DNA from: the human T2T-CHM13v2.0 reference genome, Homo sapiens
Assembly (NCBI RefSeq): GCF_009914755.1
Contig: NC_060930.1
Reading direction: 5' to 3' (one strand)
Length of the DNA stretch: 64,000 nt
The notes under the pieces were generated by a model. The model was not told the origin of the DNA and did not search any database. It worked only from the letters and a program-made list of their open reading frames with translations. Below are positions 55,134-64,000 of the stretch, piece after piece. The stretch's first letter is position 1. Each line of letters begins with the position of its first letter. Made by a program: the position numbers and the translations under genes.

Positions 55134-56660
55134 ATATATTAGTCTACAAAAGAAGCCTTAACAAACTCAAAAATATTGAAATCATAACAATTATCTCTTC
55201 CAACCACAAAAGTAAGAAACTAGAAATCAATAACAGGAGGAAAACTGGAAAATTCACAAATATAAGGAAAGTAAACAACATATTTCTGAACAACCAATGA
55301 GTAAAAGAAGAAATTGAAAGAAAATTTTTTAAAAATTGAACTAAATGAAAATAGAAACTTAACATACCAAAACTTATGAGATGAGGCAAAAGCAGTTCTA
55401 AAAGGGAAGATTATTGTAATAAACACCTACATTAAGCAAAAAGAAAGATCTCAAATAACAACCTAACTTTAAGAAACCGGAGAAAGAAGAACAAACTAAG
55501 CCCAAAGTTAGCAGAAAGAAGAAAATAACAAAGATTGGAGCAGAAATAAATAAAGACTAGAAAAACAATAGAAAAGGTCAAGAAAACTAACAATTGGTGT
55601 TTTGAAAAACAGAATTGACATGTTTTGAAAAACAGAATTGACAAGCCGTTAGCTAGACTAAGAAAAAAATAAGAAAAGTCTCAAATACATAAAGTAAGAA
55701 AAGAGGAGAGATTACAACTGATATCACAGAAATACAAAGGATAAGAGACTACTATGAACAACTATATATAAGCAAATTGGATAACCTAGAAGAAATGAAT
55801 GAATTCCTAGATACATACATCCTATCGAGAATGAATCATGAAGAAATAGAAAATCTGAAGGTACCACTAATAAGGAGGTTAAATCACCAATCAAAAATCT
55901 CTCAAAAAAGAAAAAGTGAGGACCAGGTGGCTTCACTACTGAATTCTTTCAAACATTTAAAGAATAAGTAATAGCAAGTCTTCTCAAACTCTTCAAAAAA
56001 ATTGAGGAGAATGGGAACACTTCCAAACGCATTTTACAAGGTCAGCATTACCAAAGACAGACAAGAACACTACAAAAAAAGAAAACTGCAGGCCAATATC
56101 CCTGATGAACATGGATGCAAAAATCCTTAACAAAATAATAGCAAGCCAAATTCAACAGTATATGAAAGAATCATACACCATAATCAATTGAGGTTTGTCC
56201 CTGGGATGCAAGCATGATTCAACATAGACATGTCAATAAATGTGATACACAACATAAGCAGTGTGAAGAATAAAAATCGTATGTCCATCTTAATAGTCAC
56301 AGAAAAATCATTTGACAAAATTTAACACTCTTTCCTGATAAAAACTCTCAACAAACTAGGTATAAAAAGGAATAGACCTCAACATAATAAAGGCCATGTG
56401 TGTTAAACCCACAGCTACCATCATCCTCAATGGTGAAAAGTTGAAACCGTTTCTTCTAACATCAGGAACAAGACGAGGATAGCCACTCTCATGTCTATTC
56501 AACAGAGCACTGAAAGTCCTAGCCAGAGCAATTAGATAGGAAAGAAATAAAAGGCATTCAGATTAGAAATGAAGAAGTAAAATTATCTGTTTGCAGATGA
56601 CATGATCTTATATATAGAAAACCCTAAAGATGCCCCAAAAAACTGTTAGAACTAACAAAT

Positions 56661-57330
56661 CAGGGCTAGGCCCTGGAAACATAAGGAGGAAGAGAACACT
56701 AGTCCCTGCTCTCTAGGTGCTCATGGCCTAGTGGGGAAAGCATGGATCCAAATGAAAATCACATCATGCAAGAAATGCCATCAATGGCATGACTAGGTGT
56801 GATAAAATTACTGTTAAGAGAGTGATTGGTCTGACTCAGATAGTTAGATAACGTTTGCATTGATCAGAGTTTAGTTCAATTTTTAAGAATGTGAGAAATA
56901 GGCATGGGCATACTGTAATTGGGGACCAGTCTGTTGCCAAGGCACAGGCACTATGGGGGTAGGGAAGTTGGAAAGGTGGAGAAAGAGTGGCAAGAAATGA
57001 GTCTAAAATGATAGCTTCCGGCTAGAATGCCATCCCAAGGAATTTGGAGCCAATCCAGGGGGCAATAAAGAGCATTGCAGGTCTATAAACCAGAAGACTA
57101 GTAAGTTCGTATTTTGTTTTAGGGAACTGACTCTAGCAGCCCCATGTCGGAAAGATTGGAGGAAAGAGATGAAAATGGGAGATGGTGAAGGCCTGAGTTA
57201 AGACAATGGCAGCAGGGCTCATAGAGGAGGGGGTAAAACTGAGACAATATTGTTGATGTAGCTGGGATGAAAACTGAAATGTGTCAAAGATGGAGTCGGA
57301 AATTAGAAGATAACATAGTCTGATGGGAAG
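56661..57330 (-). mobile_element. L2 3' region
   Basis: 'gctaggccctgg...gtccctgctctctaggtgctcatggcctagtgggga' reverse L2 3' end. Confidence 0.65.
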
Positions 57331-57400
57331 AACAGTACATGAAGTCTGCAAATCTGGACTCAAGTTCCAGCTTAGCTGTTAACTAGCTGCATGTCCTTAA

Positions 57401-57730
<330 letters not shown>

Positions 57731-58829
57731 TAATTAAGTATTTAACCACTCTGTTCCTGTTTCCTCAGCTACAGAGAGACTGAGTAGATTATCTCACAGA
57801 TTGGCTTCCAGAACTAAAATACAAAACTAAAAGGAAGAGGAGGAGGAGAAGGAGGAGAGAAATTGAGACAATTTATGTAGATATCATCCAAGATAAAGAT
57901 GACTAAAGAAACAGAGCAATTGGAGGATTATAATTTAAGAGAGTTTTGTTTTTAGGAGATAAAATGTCTTGTAGAAAAAGTTTACATAACACATTTTTAG
58001 GTGTTCAGGATATCCAAATCCTGGCACTTGTTCTTCTTACCTACAGGGTTCTCTGCCAAAGAACACCTACAAAAGGATCAATAATCGAATAAGAAATCCA
58101 GTGTAAATTTTATCAGTATCTGAATAGTTCCCTGAAAATCCAAGGGAAAGCTGGATGGCAGGCATAATTTGGGACAAAGAAGGAATGGAGTCTCTTATGT
58201 CCCATCCAAAATCTAGACCTTGGGATCCTATGCTCATGTGTGGGAGAAGGTGTATAGGCACATACACTCTCATGTTCAGAGAGTTGGTGGGTGGAGGGAG
58301 AGGGAAAAGGTGAGCCCAAGGACAGCAGAGAGAAAGAAAAAGAACCTAAGTATATGGGCATGCTCACCTGTCCAATATCAGGCTGAACTGAGCCCAGAGA
58401 TACCCATTATATTTCTGTGCAGGATTACTGATCACTAGGGGAAACATGGCCCCATAAATAACAGATTTAATCAGATAAGCAGCTCCTCTCCCATGAGAAC
58501 TAGTTCAGAACTAAAGTAAAGAGCTGGCTGTGAGGGATTCATCCAAGAATCCACTGAGCCATGCAAGGATGGATGTTTTCTCGTATGAGCTGAGATAGAA
58601 AGCTGGGAAGAGAAGCGAAGTGTCTCATCCTTACCCAACAGTATTATTTTGATTCTTCAATTTTTATAATATGATATCCTTTGATGGTGGGAACTATGTC
58701 TTACCCATCACTGCTCCTAGCTTACTGAACTACAGTGAATGTTAATTGAATCAGTAAATATATTAATAATCAGGATTGACTGGATTTAAATAAGATTATT
58801 GCAACTCAAAGAATCCTCGGGAGGGCATC

Positions 58830-59050
58830 ATCCATCTTCACCATTTGTTATGAACTCTTCATGTGTATTAATTCATTTAATGCAATAACACTATAAGGTG
58901 GGAACTATCATCATTCCCCCATTTTACAAATGAAGAAGCTGGGGTCTGGAGGACCCATCTCGCCCCATCACACAGTTAGCAAGTGGCAGAACAGGAATGG
59001 GAAGCCAGATATTAGATACAGAATTTATGCATTTGCAACCACACACACTG
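58830..59050 (-). mobile_element. MIR
   Basis: 'tattaattcatttaatgc...ccccattttacaaatgaagaagctgggg...cacacagttagcaagtggcaga'. Confidence 0.8.
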
Positions 59051-59869
59051 CCAGCCAAAAACATGCTTTTCCTCTCCAAGAGCACAACCGCTAGCTTTCC
59101 TTATTGGCTTATGAAAACTGGAAACCCAGTTTTTAAAAGACTGTGAAAAAAAATTAAGCCAATATGCTTATCATTTTAAAAGGTACTCTATTTAATTGAG
59201 GATATATGTTTTCATACTTTTATTCCCAAATGGTTATCACTTCCTTAATTAAATAATACATCAATTATATTTGTCTATAAATATGTATGTGTATATATAC
59301 ATGTGTGTGTGTGTGTGTGTGTACCAGGCCCTCAATAAGTATTTGCTGAATGTTTCTTTTCTGCAAAATCTATGTATACTAATGTTTGCTAAATTAGTAT
59401 ACACAGTCTTTCTACTGCTGTTTAGAGGGAAGGTGCGATGATTTCCCATGTTTTTAAAATCAGATGGTTCAATATATTCATGCCACATTTAGAGAAGAAA
59501 GCAATTCACGGTAGAGTATGAACTCTCAAAGACTTTAAGTCTCAATGTAATTTATCAACTTTATATATCAACAAACTTTTATTTAGTCCTCTCTGTATAT
59601 AAAAAGCTTATTAGCGATCACATGCTAAAGCAGCTTTTTAAATTGCTAGAGCCTTAAAATGCCCACAGTATAGTCCAGAAAGAAGACATGAATAAAATTG
59701 GATTATGTAGCATAGCATTTAAGGGCTTATTCACACTTTATGCCCTCCCTCTTCTATTCCTACCTATTCTTCTAGCACACAGGGTCAGGTCCTTTCCAGC
59801 TGCCTGTCTTTCCTCATGCTACGCTGGCACACTTGGCCAATGTTGGTGCCATGAAGAGGTTACTCATGC

Positions 59870-60140
59870 AGATAGGAAGCTGAGGAGGAGGTTTTAGAAA
59901 GAAGCTGATGAGTTGAGTGATGGACACGTTGAGTTTAGGTGCCAATGGGAAAGTACAAGTAAATGTATTGAAGCACAATTGAATAATAATGCTTTAACAA
60001 TTTGATAATTATGTGTGGATTAAGGGAGAGGGAAAGTTTTAAGCCTAGGATATTGGAAGAAGGATGATAAAAAAGTAGGAGGTCAGTGGGAAAGTTGATT
60101 TGCAGAGAAAGATGCTGATATTAGTTTTGGATTTGTTGCA
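59870..60140 (-). mobile_element. L2 fragments
   Basis: 'gatgagttgagtgatggacacgttgagtttaggtgcc', 'ttagttttggatttgttg'. Confidence 0.55.
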
Positions 60141-61620
60141 CTTCAGAAGATGATGAGACATTAAAACTGATATTGATAATGTAATCTTCACGATGAAAAT
60201 AAAGTAGAGATTGAGGAACTGATCCAGACTGAAGGAGACTAGAGAGACCCGGAATTGGGTGCAACCCAGGATCCTGGAGCAGTGCTTTTGCTATGAAGGA
60301 CGGGATTGAGCCAATTGGCAAAACTTGATTGCATCTTTGGGCAAAGGGTATCCAGGTTTTTTAAATCAGATGATTAAATAGTATCAATTGTATGATTCTT
60401 ATAATTTTTCTATAAGTTTGAAATCATTTAAAAATAAAAAGCAGAAAAAAACAAACATCACCACTTTGGCAACAAAAAGTTGGCATTGTCAATATATCTT
60501 AAGATCTACATTAGATATGTAAGATGTCTGTATCTTAATCTAGATGTGTGTGTTCACAAACTTTAAACTAGTAATTCTACTTTGAGACACTATCATAAAG
60601 AACTAATAATTTATAGGCATACTTCATTTTATTGTGCTTCACTTTACCGTGCTTAGCAGATATTGAGCGTTTTTTTTTTTTTTTTTTTACAAATTGATGG
60701 TTTGTGGCAACCCTGCATTGGGCAAGTCTTTTGGTACCATTTTTCCAACAGTATGTGCTCACTTCACGTCTCTGTCACATTTTGGGAATTCTTCCAATAT
60801 TTAAAACTTTTTCATTGTATCTGTGATCTATGATCAGTGATCTTTGATGTTACTATTGTAATTGTTTTGGGGTACCACAAACCATGCCCATATAAGACAG
60901 CAAACTTAATCCATGAATGCTGTGTGTTCTCCTACTTCTCCAGTGACTAGTCATTCTCATGCCTCTCTCCCTTTCTCCAGGCCTCCTTTCTCCAGGCCTT
61001 CTTATTCCCTGACACACAACAACATTGAAATTAGGCCAATTAATAACCCTACAATGGCCTCTAAGTGTTCAAGTGAAAGAAAGAGTAGCATGTCTCTCAC
61101 TTTAAATCTGAAAGCTAGAGATGATTAAGTTTAGTGAGGAAGGCATCTCAAAAGCCAAGATAGGCTAAAAGCTAGGCCTCTTGTACCCAACAACAAAATT
61201 GTGAATGCAAAAGGAAGAGTTTTTGAAGAAAGTTAAAAGTACTACTCCAGTGAACACACAAATGATTAAAAGTGGATCAGCCTTTTTGTGGATATAGAAG
61301 AAGTTTTAGTTATCTGGGTAGAAGATCAAACCAGCCACAACATTCCCTTAAGCCAAAGCCTAATCCAGAGCAAGACCTTAACTCTCTTTAGCTCTGTAAA
61401 GGCTGAGAGAGGTAAGGAAGCTGTAGAAGAACAGTTTGAGGCTAAAAGAGGTTGGTTCATGAGGTTTAAGGAAAGAAGCCATCTTCATAACATAAAAATG
61501 CAAGGTGAAGCAGCAAGTGGTGATGTAGAAGCTGCAGCAAGTTCTCCAGAAAATCTAGCTAAGATCATTGATGAAGGTGGCTATGCAAAACAACAGATTT
61601 ACCCTATAATTAACCAGGCT

Positions 61621-61635
61621 TCTTCTTCTTCTTCT

Positions 61636-61666
<31 letters not shown>

Positions 61667-61800
61667 GAGAGGCAGTCTCCCTCTGTCGCCCAGGCTGGAG
61701 TGCAGTGGCACAATCTCAGCTCACTGCAAGCCCCATCTCCCGGGTTCACGCCATTTCTCCTGCCTCAGCCTCCCAAGTAGCTGGGGCTACAGGTGCCTGC
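61621..61800 (-). mobile_element. 5'-truncated AluY (right arm)
   Basis: 'ccgggttcacgccatt'; degenerate TSD aat(t/g)aa(c/a)caggcttct. Confidence 0.9.
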
Positions 61801-62652
61801 AATGAAACAGGCTTCTCTTGGGAAAAGATACCATGTAAGACTTGCATAGCTAGAGAGAAGAAGTCAATGCCTGGCTTCAAAGCTTCGAAGGACAGGCTGC
61901 CTGTCTTGTTAGGGGCTAACGCAGTTGGTGTCTTGAAGTTGAAGCCAATGCCCATTGATTATTCCAAAAATCCTAGAACCTTTCAGGATGATGCCAAATC
62001 TACTCTGCCTGTGCTCCACAAAAAGAACAACAAAGCCTGGATGACAGCACATCTGTTTACAGCATGGCTTACTGAATATTTTAAGCCCACTATTGAGACC
62101 ATTTCTCAGAAAAAAAAAAAAAATGATTCCTTTTAAAGGTTACTCCTTATTGACAATGCACCTGGTCACCCAAGAGCTCTGATGGAGATGTACAAGGAGA
62201 TGAATGTTGTTTTCATGCCTGCTAACACAACATCCATTCTACAGCCCATGGATCGAGGAATAATTTTAACTTTCAAGCTCTATTATTTAAGAAATACATT
62301 TTGTAGGGCTAACCTACCATAGATAGTAATTCCTCTGATGGATCAGGGCAAAGTACATTGAAAACCTTCTGGAAAGGATTTATCATTCCAGATGCCATTA
62401 AGAACATTTGTGATTTATGAAAGAAGGTCAAAATATCAACATTGACAGGAATTTGGAAGAAGTTGATACCAACCCTCCTGGATGACTTTGAGGGGTCAAG
62501 ACTTCACTGGAGGAAGTAACTGCAGATGTGGTGGAAACAGCAAGAGAACTAGAATTAGAAGTGGAGTCTAAAGACAAGACTGAGTTGCTGCAATCTCACG
62601 ATCGAACTTGAATGGATAAATTGTTTCTTATGGAAGAGCAAAGAAAGTGTTT

Positions 62653-63002
<350 letters not shown>

Positions 63003-63220
63003 TGAACATTGTTGAGATGACAACAAAGTATTTAGAACATTCCATAAACTTAGTTTAAAAGCAGGAGCAAGGTTTCAGAAGATTGACTCCAATTTCAAGA
63101 GAAGTTCTATCGTGAGTAAAATGCTATCAAACAGCATCAGATGCTACAGAGAGATCTTCTGTGAAAGGAAGAGTCCATCAATGCAGCAACTTCATTGCTG
63201 TCTTACTTTAAGAAATTGTC

Positions 63221-63478
63221 GGCCGGGCGCAGTGGCTCATGCCTATAATCCCAGCACTTTGGGAGGCTGAGGCGTATGGATCACTTGAAGTCAGGAGTTC
63301 AAGACTAGCCTGGCCAACATGGTGAAACCTCATCTCTACAAAAATAGAAAAATTAGCTGGGCGTGGTGGCGCATGCCTGTAGTCCCAGCTACTCAGGAGA
63401 AGAATCACTTGAGCCCAGGAGGAGGAGGTTGCAGTGAGCCGAGATCGCGCCACTGCACTCCAGCCTGGGTGACAGGGA
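63221..63478 (+). mobile_element. AluS lacking poly(A) tail
   Basis: GGCCGGGCGCAGTGGCTCA start; ends at gggtgacagggact and joins Tigger1 directly. Confidence 0.93.
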
Positions 63479-63643
63479 CTCATCGAAGCAAGATCTCCAC
63501 CAGCTAAAAGATTGTGACTTACTGAAGGCACAGATGATCATTGGCATTTTTAGCAATAATGCATTTTCATTAAGGTCTATATATTGCTTTTTTAGATATA
63601 ATGCTATTGCACACTTTTAGACTATAGTATAGTGTAAACATAA

Positions 63644-63998
<355 letters not shown>

Positions 63999-64000
63999 AC

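Noticed and set aside
61288-62136. Domesticated TIGD-like gene
   Set aside because: The transposase is broken by Alu insertions, frameshifts and stops

Overview
AT-rich, CpG-depleted primate (human-like) genomic DNA that is intronic or intergenic. I find no supportable protein-coding gene, RNA gene or CRISPR array; the listed ORFs are transposon remnants or chance ORFs. Roughly 60% of the window is interspersed repeat: Alus, old and primate L1s, L2, MIR, MaLR/ERVL LTRs, a half MER11 LTR, MER20, MER103C and a near full-length Tigger1. The centre (16.2-28.0 kb) is a nested stack: an MLT1 provirus interrupted by MER11, an MST fragment and a full-length L1, and the L1 itself carries a full THE1 provirus and an Alu. 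The most unusual signal, which repeat annotation does not explain, is a series of locally templated copies. These are a ~350-bp fold-back palindrome (5204-5550), a perfect 86-bp inverted copy of L1 5'UTR inserted 1.1 kb from its source with microhomology and a target duplication (27477-27562), fold-back hairpins inside LTRs and an L1 (29973-30076, 34561-34583, 41087-41233), and 19-22-bp exact copies 0.75-2 kb apart. Subfamily calls come from recalled consensus sequences, not from a search, and boundaries of old elements are approximate.
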